From Camelus dromedarius (Eukaryota), in assembly GCF_036321535.1 (NCBI RefSeq), contig NC_087437.1, forward strand, positions 35,838,001 through 35,902,000: 64,000 nucleotides of DNA, written 5' to 3'. Positions within the stretch are counted from its first letter, which is position 1. Each line of letters begins with the position of its first letter. A program made the translations under genes and the position numbers. Under the pieces are notes generated by a model that made no database searches, was not told where the DNA came from, and saw only the letters and a list, made by a program, of their open reading frames with translations. This document shows positions 13,500 to 26,514 of this stretch, piece by piece.

Positions 13500-14405
13500 T
13501 GTTATGGAGTAATACACTGTTAGACTTTGCTATTCACCAATAAGAAAGCATTTTGATTCCAGCAAAGTCTGCAGCAGTGTTGACTGCATATTTGTGGGGG
13601 AAAATGATAGCTCCCTTGACTTCAGTACAGCTGTGGTTTCAGCATCAGTGCAGGTAAATTCTGTGCATTGCGGGTCATTCAGCAGCCTGTACATTCAACA
13701 GGCAGTTTTCTGTTAGTTCAGTTCTTAAAGTCTTAGTTTGCTGACTAGGATCAGATTCATGCATGTACAGCTCTGGGAAAGGAGCCCAGGATTTTTATAA
13801 ATAACTTTATGAGCTTGCTTTCCTGAGCCCTCTGCAATTTCCTGGGTTCTTCTGGTTCCCTGAGAATTCCCTTTTTGGTCCTTTTGCCAGAAAGCTGGGG
13901 CTTTAGTTCCCCAACGCTGGTACATACTTTCATGATTGCGCCAACATCTGGAGCCAAGTCAAAATTGCAAGGGAAAATTGCAAAGCTAATTCAGCCCGCG
14001 CTTGGGACCATGGCTGCACTGACTGGACAGGAAAATTCGACTCTTTAATAATTTTTGGTTCCCATGGGGGTCCCTTTGGGGGTGCTACTGCCACAGCTAC
14101 AGGTTTGTTCAGAACCAGGGTTAGAGAAACTCTGCTAGAGGTCTCTACCTAGCCCCCAGTGCCTGCTTCCAGGTTTGGGACTACCTGACTTTAGGCTGGG
14201 ACACTGGAGAAAAAGGAAAGTGGGAGAACTCACCACAGGCTCCTTAATACTTCAGACTGCCATCTTCTTCCCCAGTCTACCTGCTACCACTTAATGTTCA
14301 GAGTCCTCAGATAGTAACTCCATACAGCCTCCCAGGTTTTATAGTTACAGTCAAAGGAAAAGACATGGTGGAGTGTGCTTACTCCAACAACTGAAACTAA
14401 AACCC
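13500..14405 (-). mobile_element. Old L1 5'-region remnant (L1MC/L1MD-type 5' end)
   Basis: Recalled similarity of 'tcccaggttttatagttacagtc...ggtggagtgtgcttactcca' and 'tttgccagaaagctggggctttagttcccc' to antisense 5' ends of old L1M families. Confidence 0.45.
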
Positions 14406-15289
14406 AAGCAAATGCTTTTCTATGTATTGAAAAGCAATAATAAATAATAATAAATTTATTATTACCATTTAATATAATATAAAATTACTTAATATTAATT
14501 AATTTAATAATATTAAAAATAATAAATTTATTAGAAATCCTTGCTGTTATCACAAGTGCAAGTGTGTCCCTTTGAGTGAAGTAAACAACTGAAGTCAATA
14601 AAAATTAACTTATTGTTAGATTTTTTTACTTTATGTAAGAATACATACATATTAAGATTAAACTTTAATTTTTAAAATTAGCCTTATGCATATCAATTTT
14701 TCTCAAGTTTTTCCTTTTCCTTAGTTAACCTCAGAAGTAGTCCAGAACTAGTCGTCTCTAAGTATGCTCACTGACAGTTCATTAATCACAATGTGCAGTT
14801 CATATCAATGACATTGGCAAGCTTTATTTTAAATTTAAAACTCAGTTTTGAATTTTAAAAAGCTTTAGAACAGACAGGATTCCTCTAGATGTCAAATAGT
14901 CTGTCATCTTCTTTACATAATTCAATTAAATGCACCTGTACTAAATGTGAAAAATAGGCAAAAGAGGTACTAAGGATACAGGATGAACTAGCTGGAAAAT
15001 CCTTGACTATGCGCATGAATGCTGGCGTATCCCTGGGTAAGGACGATGTTGTACTGATTGACATGCACATACCAGTCTGTATAGGTTAGCCAGTGTTAGA
15101 GTGTGTTTTGGCAACAGCTAAAATAATTGGAGGACTCTGGACCATTGACTAGGGCTCAGGGAAGATGGAGTGACTGAACAGTCTGGCTTAAAATTTAAAT
15201 TCATTTTGAGGCCCAAATATTCACCTTTATACTTGCATAACTTCAAGAACGTTGTTCATCAATAACCGGGCTCAGGAGAATCATCTTTT

Positions 15290-16050
15290 CTCTATTATTC
15301 GACATAGGTACAAAACTTGACCACTCTGAACCCCTCTACCACCTCCTCCCTGGTCTAGGCCGATGCCTTCTGTTTTTTATCCTGTATTTGCAATTGCCTC
15401 CCAACTGAGCTTCCTACTCTTTGCCCTACTCCCAACAGTTGAGTATCTGCAGTAGATGGAATCGGCCTGTTAGAACTTCAGTTAGATCCCCTTACTCCCC
15501 TGCTCAAGACCCTCCAATGGGATCCCTTCTCCACCAGAGTAAAAGCTGAACCCCAAGTCTTTATGGTGACCTAAAGTGTCCTACATAGTTAGGACCCAAC
15601 ATGTCACTAACCATATCTTCTACTAATATTTTTTCCTACCCTCCTTCCTTCAGCTATGTTGTCTTCAGTGAACTTGTTTGAACATGTTAGACCCAGTTGG
15701 ATCTCAGGGTCTGTTCCCTCTGTTATAACTCTTGTCCCCTCTCCACACATGGTTCATTTCCTCCCCTCCTTCGAGGTCTTCCTCAAAAATCATCTTTCAG
15801 CGAGGCCACCCTCTTTAAAATTGGAACCTATCCCCTCACTACCCCCTTTCCTGGCTTTAATTTTCTCTAGTTCTTATCATCATCTGATATTTTATTTATA
15901 TATTAATGTAGTATCCGTTTCCCTCTTCTAGATCGTAAGCTACCTGAGGGCACAAATTTTGTTTTGTTCACTCACTGCAACTGTATCTCCAGAGCCTAGG
16001 AAAGTGCACAGCACTTTATAAATATTTGATAATATTTGCTGAGTGAGTAA
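15290..16050 (+). mobile_element. L2 LINE 3' portion
   Basis: 'ttactcccctgctcaagaccctccaatgg...gagtaaaagc...tagatcgtaagctacctgagggca...tgtatctccagagcctagg...atatttgctgagtgagt' follows the L2 3' end. Confidence 0.8.
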
Positions 16051-16652
16051 GTATATTCTTTAATAGGTGCATATAGGTATAAAGGCATGGTTTTTGCTAA
16101 ACTTAAAAATCAGACAGTACAGCACTGATGCAGACAGCTTTCTAATAGTGATAGGTTTCTAATTAAGAATATTCAGCAAAGGTCTTTGGATAATAAGGTG
16201 GACTCCTCACTCTTCTGGAACTTCCACTACAATAAATGGGAGTTTGATTGTAACTGTATGAAGTTGTCCCAGCATCACTGGGATTTATCTCTGGAATATT
16301 CCTCATCTTTGTCTTGCCAGTCTTTTGGTAATTGCCCTAGTTTCTCTTAGCTGCTTTATTATAGTAGCTTCATAACTGGCCTTCTTATCTGTCTTATGCT
16401 CCAACTCTATCTTCAGAAACAATGGCTCCAATTTTGTCAGCCCCCCCACTGATGTGTTATTTCATAGCATTCAGGCCCCTGCATGATCTATCATTTTTGC
16501 CTTAACTAGCAATTATTTCCCATTAAATATCTTTTTTCTATGCAATTAGCATTCTTTTATTCCCTAAATCTACCTGCTATTTTCTATCTTCCAAGCTTTT
16601 GTTCAACACTCTTCCTGTATTCCTCAGTTTGCTAATGGTCTCTCTCTCACTC

Positions 16653-16738
16653 TTTTTTTTTTCTTCCTGATGGAGGTACTGGGGATAGAACCCAGTACCC
16701 TGTGTTCACCGTACCACTGAGTTATTACCCACAACCGC
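16653..16738 (-). mobile_element. tRNA-derived SINE (Vic-1-like), degenerate
   Basis: Poly-T followed by 'tggaggtactggggatagaacccag...taccactgagttattaccc', the reverse complement of the head at 45178. Confidence 0.75.
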
Positions 16739-18539
16739 ACCCAGTTTGCAGTCTCATCCAAGTAGCTCTTAACCAGAATGTGTATATGAAATGGAAATCT
16801 GTGTTTATGTCATTCTGTGAGAGGTCTGCATCTCCAGCTGCCCTTGTGTTACAATGGATTACCCAGCAAAAGTCATTTCAAAACTACACTCATTCCATTC
16901 AAGCTGTCCACTGTGGACTGTCTACAATCTTCAGACTTCAGGGCATTTTTAAGCACCTCCATCCCATTCTATAAGAAGGTGGAGGCATGAGGGGTAGGGA
17001 TGCCCCATTACCCAGAGGGTAATCTTCCCCTTTGCCAATATTTGGTGCTAGTAGTTAGTTGATGCTAATCTGAACCAGCTCAAGATTTCCTCCCCGCTGG
17101 GAGCCTAGAAAAACTCACCTTCATGACACACAGATTATGGGTCCAAAGTTTGCAAGTTCTACAACTTCTGTGGCTTGGGGTTGGGCTTGTGAGCATGGCT
17201 GTAATAAAACTTATGAGGGAGCTCAAAAGATAAGAAGAAAATTGTGAAATAGGTGTCCTGTTGCAAATATATTTCAAAAATGTTTTTAGCTCACAGAACA
17301 GAGCAATTGACTTACCTGAGGGACTGAGGAGAGGCTTTATTGAGGGTTTACTTCCTTTTCTCTCTGGCTTTTCCTTCTCTCTCTTTCTGTCTCTCTTTTA
17401 ATCCCCTCTTGCACGTGTGCATCTTAATGAAAAACTGGGAGTGGTGTGGATAGGCAGAGATTATGCCCTGAAAAGGTGATAAATCAGATTGCAAGAAATA
17501 ATTCAAGTGATAAATCAATAGCAAGAAATACTAGGTGTATGTGTAGAGGGCAGAATGTGGAATGGAGAGAGATGAAGTTAAAACTGATGTTGTGATTTCA
17601 CTAGATGGCATGCAATGAGAATTAAACTTATCTTTGTGATAAAAATGAGAATTTGTATATACCTTGCATTTACAGAACAAAATAACCTATATAGAGCACA
17701 AGTGGTCAAACATATATGGCTTAGTCGTACTCATGCTGTAAGTAGCAGGAATATCCTATAAAGGCCTGGATGGTTATCAGTAGGGATGGTATGCAGTTAT
17801 TTACAGTAACGATTGACATTAGGGGAAAAAAGGAAATGAAGTGTGGTTTGTGGAAAAATCACCAGATTTAAATTTCTCCTGGGTCTCTGTTTTCTTCCCG
17901 TGTAAAATAGGAATTAGGGATCCAAGCCTCTTGCCTGGCTCACAGGTCTGTTGTCAAGATAAACTGAGATAATACTGGAGAAAGCATTTTGAAAAACTCA
18001 TACATTTTCTACAGATTAAGGTATTAGTAGCAGCTTTTTAAAAGGCAGGGCACATGCCATATCACCAGGGATTAGAAAGATAAAGTGCTTATTCTCAAAA
18101 TTAAATTTAAGACCATTTACAGTTACCCAGTTTTTAGTTTGTTAAAATGATTTCTAAGCTTGAAAGAATTCAGTGAAGACCCCTGAAAGGCTAAAATGTT
18201 GTGCTACAACTTGACCCCAGGGCTCCTAAATGTTGCTGATACTCCCTGTGCCCTCAAACCCCCCGTAGTGAAGTCAGAGGAGAAAGGTTAGCATGATTAC
18301 TAGGGCAACACTGGGCAAATTATTATTAAAGAATGATGTAATGTTGGTCTCTTGGAAGGTATTACGTATTGCTGGCAAGTCCTCTTTCTTATTTCTAATC
18401 TTGAATGCTTTGCTTTCTTGGATTCTTTGTTTTCCTACTTACCTATTTTTTGAGATGCACAAATATACAAAATAAATTGAATCACATAAGAAAATAAATA
18501 TATAAAGTAAATAGAATAGAATAAAGTAGAATAGAAATA

Positions 18540-20400
18540 GCTTGGGTTTTTAAAGAATATTTTCTTTTATATTTCATTAACTTTAGTCCCTTTTCAAAGT
18601 CATTTCAATTTTCCTACTTTGTTTGATTTCTTTTTGTTTATTTTTAAAAAATCCTTAAGTTTGAGTATTGATTTTCTTTATCTTTAGGATTTCTTTCATA
18701 TTTGTAGACATGTTTGAAGATACATTTTGCTATATTCTGTAAGTTTTGATGAAATATTTTCTCTTTTTTACATTATTTTCTAGATAATGTCTAATTTTAA
18801 TTTTTAAAAATTCTTTGACTCAAAGTATATTTAAGATAATGTTTCTTAATTTTCAGAAAGTCAGGGTGTTTGAGGTTAACATTTATTCTTTATTTCAAAT
18901 TTTTGATGCTTCTAAACTACGGCTTAACTTTTTTAAATGTTATTAGTTATTTGTGCTAAGTATACACTTTTTTTTTAATTAAGTATATTTCCATGGCAAA
19001 CCAAAAACATATATTCTTTATTTAGTAGACTTATTAAGTAGTTTTTGGTGATTTTATTTATTTAATTCCACTATGCCTTTGCTTATTTTTAGCTGCTAGT
19101 TCTGTCAGATTTTGGAATAGTTATTAAAATTTTCCCACTATTTTATGTTCATTATATTCTAATTGCATTTATAATAGTTTTTGGATTAATATGTTGGGCA
19201 GATACATTTTGATGCTATTGTTTGTTACAGTGTTTATACTCTTCAAAATTGAGCATTTTGCCACTGTAGAATTTCCCTTTACCATGTTTAGTGTTTTTAA
19301 TCTACTCTTAGTTTATTTGGTTAAGTATTTTCTCTCCTTCATCACTTACTTTTTAGTTTTGTGAGTTTCTCGCTTCTGCCTCCAAAATCTTTTCCTTTGT
19401 ATATTCCAGCCCAGATTCTCAATCTCCCAAGCTAATAAATCAGGTCTCTACCATGACCATCTCCTTCTTCAATTCATCTCTAGAATATTTTAATTCTAAA
19501 ACAATATTTTCAACTTTCATATAGCATTTTTTAACACTGTAACTGAGCAAATGCCCTTACCATTCTTTTTTTATTCAAAGTGTCAACTGTGTCTTCACAT
19601 AGTTACATTCTGTTTGGAGCCGCCTTTTATGATTTGTCTTGTCTGCTTGCTTCTCTTGTGTGGAATTACTCAGTGGGACTCATGCTTAGCTGCTGAGAGA
19701 CGTTTATGCAGGAGGGATCTTTTAAGTAAAGGCATGACCAGCATCTTTCCTTGTGGGACCAGCTGCCTACAGACCTGAAAATTGTCATTCCCTTGTCAGG
19801 GCACCAGCTGCAGAAGCTGTCACCCTCTAGCCCTCAAGATTCAGGTGGAATCTGCTGAGCTTTTCTGCTCTCTGCAGCTCTCCTGTAGCCAGCTCACCCC
19901 AAAGATCCTTATGGGTCTTTAGCTGCTTTTCCATTCAGACCCAGATTGCAACCTATAATCAGTTTTTCAAAGGAAAACAAAATCCAGGTCAAAATCCAGC
20001 TCTGGTTCTGCTCCCCTAGCCTGCACAGCATTGGGCTGTGTCCACCTGGGAGAGAGGGCACCTAGTACTCCACACAAAGAGCACCCTCTGCTTACAAAGC
20101 TGTCTGTCCAGAGGAGATGCTTTATTTTTAATCATTCATCTAAAGTAGCACTTTTCCCTAGTTCCCCAAAGGCAGAGTATAGGCAAATAGAGACCCTCCC
20201 TCTAGAGTCCACAAATTGCCTTTTACAGTATTCAATCTCTCTCTCTCTCTCTCTCTCTCCCAATCCCTCTCTCCCTCTCAAGGTCTAGCTCAAGCTTACA
20301 CTAATCTTTGCTTTAGAATTCTCAACTGCAAGGGTCTTGACTCATTTTAGGGTCTGGAACTTGGAGGAATGAAAATCCTTTACTTGTTCTCACTATCCTG
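18540..20400 (-). mobile_element. Highly decayed LINE (old L1/HAL1-like)
   Basis: Long T-rich tract with antisense-L1-like phrases ('ttctttgactcaaagtatatttaag...gtttcttaattttc', 'tctgtcagattttgg'). Family not resolvable by eye. Confidence 0.4.
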
Positions 20401-20679
20401 GATTCTGGCAGGGTAAAAACTCTCATTTGAGCCCTCCACACCCCTTCCTTTAGACCCAAGGGGCAGCTTAGCTCAGTAGAAGTAACTGATTGTTAAACAG
20501 GAGTTTGATGGATATAGGCAACATGGACTCATTGCCCTAGAATCCCAGACTCTCTGAATTTCAAATTCTCAAAGACTCTCTGTTTAAGTATCAGATATGA
20601 CAGCAGGTAACTCAAAACAAGCATTGCCTAAGTCTAGCACCTCTGCTCACCTCTCTAGCCTCACCTAGCACATCTTTTC

Positions 20680-21337
20680 TATTGCTAGTGGATGTAACCA
20701 GTGTTCCAGGTTTATGTCCCATCCCAGAAAGAACTTAGAGACAAGACATAGTGGTTAAAAAAGTAAAGTGAGGATTTATTAAAGGATGGATAGTACCCTC
20801 TCAAGGGGAGAGTTTGCAGGCTCAGGTGAGAGGCTGTCCTGAGTTTCTTTGGCAAGTTAGTTACGTAGGGTGTGAAAATGAATTGGCGGAATTTTAATTA
20901 GGGAGGGAAGGGTCTGCGGTTGTATTCCCTAGTTTTCATCCCAACTCCACCTTCCCAAAGGGAGGAGGGGTTTTTGTCCTTATTTAGTCTAGATCAAAAG
21001 TGTCATGGTGGCGGTGCATGATGGGTACTTCTAATCTGCAAGGCTAATTTTATTGTAATGAGGGCATAATGAGCAAAAGGTTACATTCGGACACTGGAAA
21101 TTCCTGCCTTTTTTCACCTTTCTTTGTTGGCCTCCCAACTGCTTATCTCTCCCAGAGGTATGACAACTTATCAGCCCAGAGGTTCCTGCCTCTCTTTCTC
21201 TGCCCAGGGACCTCTGGTGCTTACATAATGTATGGTTTCTTGCATTTGGCCTGTGCCCCTCCTTTCTGCCCAATTCCTGCCATTTGGCTTGAGTCCCCCT
21301 TTCTCTGCTCGTGTCTGGGTATCCGCCTGTGCTAACA
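20680..21337 (-). mobile_element. ERV1-type solo LTR inserted in an L2 fragment
   Basis: GC-richer block ending '...gctaaCA' at 21337, with AATAAA on the minus strand near 20775-20780. The left end is either 20680 (TSD tttc/cttc, one mismatch) or 20693 (TG). L2-like sequence resumes on both sides (about 20600-20679 and 21338-21610). Confidence 0.75.
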
Positions 21338-21979
21338 CTTCCACTTGCACTCACCCAGTCCAGCCCCTTTGACCCTCTTTTAGTACCTCAGGTATTCTGT
21401 GCGTCCTCAGATCCCAAGGCCCTTCACACATGTGCTCTTGTTCATGTTCATTCCTACTCGTACTGCAAGTCTCAGACCAGAAGACTCCTCCCAGGCAGAC
21501 TTTCCGGAAGACCTCAGCCAGGTGGATCTGGTCTATTTCATCTTATATTTACAGTACCTGAAACAGTGTTTAATCATTAGATGTCAATGGTATTTGTTGT
21601 ATGAATATAACTGCTAAGGCATTAAAAATGAATGGCTGGAGAACAAGGAGGCTCAGAGCTGATTCTTTCATATCTTGGCTCTATCGTCTCCTGAATGAAT
21701 GACAGGAAGGGGAGAAGTTGCACATTTGGACCAGATAGAACCTTTAAACTGATCACATCTGCTCTTCTTGCTCAGAGTGAGTGAGAGGCTGGTGGCTGGG
21801 CTTGCCTTCCTTCAGCCACAGCTCTTCATAAGGAGGTTCTCACTTCCCCAGGATGCTCACTGATTCTTCACTAGCATCTGGGAAAATGTAGTCACTCCTT
21901 CTATCATCTGAGTCTTGAAAGGGTAGGATGTTATGAGATAAGGGGGCCCACTCTCCCTCTAGGTCTCTGACGTGGTGTG

Positions 21980-22330
21980 CAAGTTACCCCCTTCATTTGC
22001 CTCAGTGTCCTCATCAGTAAAACGCAAACACTAATATTTCCTAACTCATTAGATTTTTTGTATGGGTTTACTGTATTTATGTATGTAAAGTTCTTCAAAC
22101 ACCACTTAATATATAGTAGAGTCTCCAAAAAAAAAGCTCCCATCATTGGAGTTAGGCAGATATAGATTCAAATATCACTTCTATAATGTGTGACCTCAAT
22201 TACTCATTCTCTCTGAGTTTCAGTTTCCACATAAGGAAAATGTAATGGATAAACACAATAAAATATTAAATGATGATATCCAGGGGGCAGTGTCTCCCAT
22301 ACATTAGGTGCCCAATAGTTGTTCATGTTG
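21980..22330 (+). mobile_element. Two adjacent MIR fragments
   Basis: 'gcaagttacccc...gcctcagtgtcctcatcagtaaaa' and 'gattcaaatatcacttc...tgtgtgacctc...ctctgagtttcagtttccac'. Confidence 0.65.
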
Positions 22331-22678
22331 CGTTTTTCTTTCTAGGTTCCAGTTACAGCAAAAGCATGACAGATGGCATGCATTTTTCAGTCTAGGAGGA
22401 AAATGCAAAAGACACCTCTATGTCAAATAAAAGGAAATTATTTATGAACAAAGTAGATTCTCCAACACATTGGCGCCCACAGTGATGGTCTCCCCAGATG
22501 CCAGAGACTAGAATTTTGGGAACCTCTGTTCCAGAGAAGCCATAAACACAGGCCAGAGGGAATCAAATCAAGAGATCTATGGGCCATATTCCATTCTGTT
22601 GTATTAGCATCAATTTCACTATATCTTTGCAGAAAAATGCTGGGGACTAGATGCATTATTAAAATTGTATCATCCTTA

Positions 22679-22727
22679 CTATTATTATTATTATTATTTA
22701 TTTTTATTATTATTATTATTATTATTT
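22679..22727. repeat. Imperfect (ATT)n microsatellite
   Basis: Seen directly. Confidence 0.9.
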
Positions 22728-25700
22728 GTGGAGGTCTTACTTTTACTTTTCTTACTTTTCACATAATGAATTGCTTTTAAAGTCACCTTACATCATTGCT
22801 ATGTTTTTTTAAAAGTTTATCTCTCTGCATAATTCTGTTGAAATTACTATCTTTTCTAGATCATATGAATTCTCCTCAATATTATTCTATACATATTGAA
22901 TTGCACTCATCAATTCTGGCAAAACTTCATAAAATTATTGTATAATACTTTTTCCACTAGTGTATATTAAGCATAGGTTTTAAAACTAAGATTTTTTTTA
23001 AAAAGAAAAAAAGAAATGAAAAGCATTTTCAATGTTTTTTCTGCCCATTTGCACTGTGAAATCACTTGTAACAGACCCACACAACTAATTAGCAGATCTT
23101 TATTTTGCTGCGTTTCTGGCCAAGTCAGAATGACAGGAAATGGGAAACCATACCAATTAACAGGCCTGAGCAAGCTTTTCATTTGACAAATGTTTAATAA
23201 GCAATATAATAGGAACTTGGAAGTTCTGAAACTCACTGATGGAAAATATAGAGAAAGGAGCTCTGCTGCTTATCTGGAAAAAAGAAGGAACTCAATTAAG
23301 CAAGTAAGATGCAATCCGTAAAAAAATATTTTTTCAGAGTTGAGCTGAATTTTAGTTTAGCCAGCAACTTTCAGAGCACACCTCATACTTCCTGTCCTTC
23401 CCCGACTACAGGAAAGCACAGCTGTGCAGCCTGCTGCCTGCTTTCTCTCTGGAAGTAATCCTGCTTAATGCGGTGGCTCTGGGGAAATTGGAGATTTCTG
23501 TTTAAAACGCTAATGAAGATATGGTATTTCAAAATCCAGCTTTGTAAATTTCTGGTGATCATCTTTTAATAACTGCAAAGGCTGATGATATCCATGCCTC
23601 CCCCTGCCTTCTTCCTGGTAGATCTGTGTGTGTCTGGTTCTAATGCTATTCCAGGCAGCGGACTAAACCTGAAATGAATTAATGCCACCTGTATATTCCC
23701 CGGGTACTTCCTAATGAACCAGGCCTTCCCACTTTACTTTATCATTCATTTAAAAGTTTTCATGTTTCTGAAAGTCAAAATTAAAAAATAATCATCAAGA
23801 CCTCTATCTTAAATATTAATATCTAAATTTATAAAAATTTCAATTTATATGTCTGTATTTCATGTTATTTATAACTGACACACTTAAAAATCTATCATAG
23901 GAAGTGTAAACTGACAAGACAAAGTAGAAGTTCATTATTCAAATTAAAACCTGTTTTCTATCAAACAGCAACACAAAACATTTTTATAGCAAAATTTTAG
24001 TGCATTTTAAATACAATTCAATTTAATAGATTTTTTTCATTAATGCTGATATAACTAAATTCAATTATAATCTTTATTTTTGAAGCTAACTGAAGTGACA
24101 TTAAAGGCACTAAATAAAGTGAAGATGAATCAATATGTGACTTTTTAACTGATTCAGAATTCCTTTATTCATTCAAACGTGTTATTGCATACTATCCAAT
24201 TTCATGCAATTTAATTGAAAAGATAAATTTATTGAGCACAGACTCTAAGTTAGGTTTTTTATTAAGGATGCAAAAGTTACTAAACAGATATGCCCTCTTA
24301 GTGCCAAGAAAGGCATATACGAAAGTAATTCAGAAGTGGCAACTTTGAGCCCAAAATTTTTGCCCAAATTAATGGTCATTGTTTTTCTACCGAGTTGGTT
24401 TGTGTTCATCTGATCTTTGAAAGAACACTTATGATTTATAAAGTATATACTGTGTACTGGTATATATACTGTAGTGTTCAAAGAAAGCAAAGGTAATTAG
24501 CAACATTATTAACAAGAACAACAAAAGACTATCAATGTCTACCTTACACAGTACAACAAATTAACAGCTGACATATTTTGATCTTTAGACAGTATCTTTA
24601 GATACCTTTTATATGCCACAGAATATCCTTGCAGGTTTCCTACTGAAATGCATTTATGTTTTTTATTTATTTTCCAGGTACAAAACTGATCTCAAATTCA
24701 TTATCATTAATGTGAGAGAAACTAACTTGCTAAAAATCAGAACAGTGTTACATTTTGAAGGCAGGAAATTCTGTTTATAGTGGATTGGGAATATTCCCTG
24801 AACAAAGGACTGCCAATTAAACTTTATTCTTTAGTAGAGAATGTCTTCATTTACTTTGATAAAGTTATGATAATCACCAAAACTGCAAAAAAATTATCTA
24901 TTCAGGACAGTGCTAGGAGTTTGCAGTTGGAAAGTTTAGAAATGTGAATACATCTTCCAATACTGGAAAAAAAAAATTCTACCTTGTGGTGCATAAACCA
25001 AGATTTTTTTTTTCAATTATGTTTCTATTATTCTTTTTTCTCCTATGACTCTGTTACATTCTGTCCTCTAATATTTTTATTCATATATTCACTAATATTA
25101 AGTATAAAATATGTTTCTTGTACATAGGAGGCATTAATGTTGTCAGAAAGGAAAAAAAGAAAAGAAGCAAAAAGGAAAAGAGAACGAAGGGAGTTCCAAG
25201 ATGATTATGTGTTTCTGTGACATGGTATAAGTAAAATGAAAACAAAAACATGATAATCCCACAGTAATCTAAAAGGTTATGCAGACATGGTGATGAGATA
25301 ACCAGTCCATCATTATTAGAATCACTAATGCTTCGTGGGGCATCACGGAGACAGCCCCTGAGCTAAGCAGAACTTTTTCTTATCTGAATGTTCACCATAA
25401 AGCAAATATGGGTATTTAGCAGCCATTTAAATACTAATGATGCTACAAGGTTGCCCACAGAAGCTGCTTTATCATTAGAATAGCTATTTGGATGGCTAGT
25501 CAGCTTCATTAGCATTAGTGACTGAGCATGAACTTCTGCGTAGGTAATTTACTTATTTTTGTTTGAGGAGAAAAATTACTTTTTTTATGGATGACTATAT
25601 CTGGGCATTTCTAGAGTTTTCCACTTTCATCCGTACATTCAACTGTTGTAGGAGCTCATCAGAAATAGCCTGCTCCAACTCAGATCTGTCTTGGAGAATT

Positions 25701-26514
25701 ACCTTTTCATTTCAACTGAAGCAAAAGAATATACAGATTTTCATTATTAGAGAGAGTTTATATTAAACAAAACACTACCAAAATCATCATGTTCCTATTG
25801 TTTACATGCAGCTTTGCATTTAAATGTTAGTAATACTTAAAAGGCAAGTGTGACCAATAGCTTTAAACCTTTGAAAAACAAGTGGAAATTAATATTTAGG
25901 GAAATGTTTTTGAATAGTGTATACTTATTAATTGTGATAGATTAATTGGATTGGATTCCCATATATTTCCCAAAGTTGTTAATGACAAAGGAAGAGTAAT
26001 TGCAAAGATAATAAACTATTTAAAAATAAAATTTCAGAAAACCTGCAATTTAATCATTTACTTCGACTTCATATATGGACAATTGGCTTATAAATGGATG
26101 TAAATAAAAACATTCATTTTAAACATATTCTAACTCAAGGTTAAGTGGCATGCTCTGGATTTGACATTTAAGTCAAGGGTAATTATAGCTACAGCTTTGT
26201 AAGCAAGTTTGACTGAGCATGGGTAAGATAGCTAGTACACACAAAAAGATGACTAGTTAAAAAAGAGGCATTTTAAAAGGTTAAACAGCGTTACTGAAGC
26301 ATTGCATAGCAGGGAGAAAGGAAGGCAGAAAGCTAAGAGTTTGTATTCTGAAAAGATTGTGCTGAGCTTGCGAGACCTTTGAGCAAAGCAGGCAAACGTT
26401 TTCTAATTGTAGTTAATTTGAAGAGTTTAAAATTTAAAGAAAGCTAGAATTAAAGGCAGATATCTTTGCCACGTCCCATTAAAAGATTTTAGGGTGGGGG
26501 CTGATTTAAAGTAC

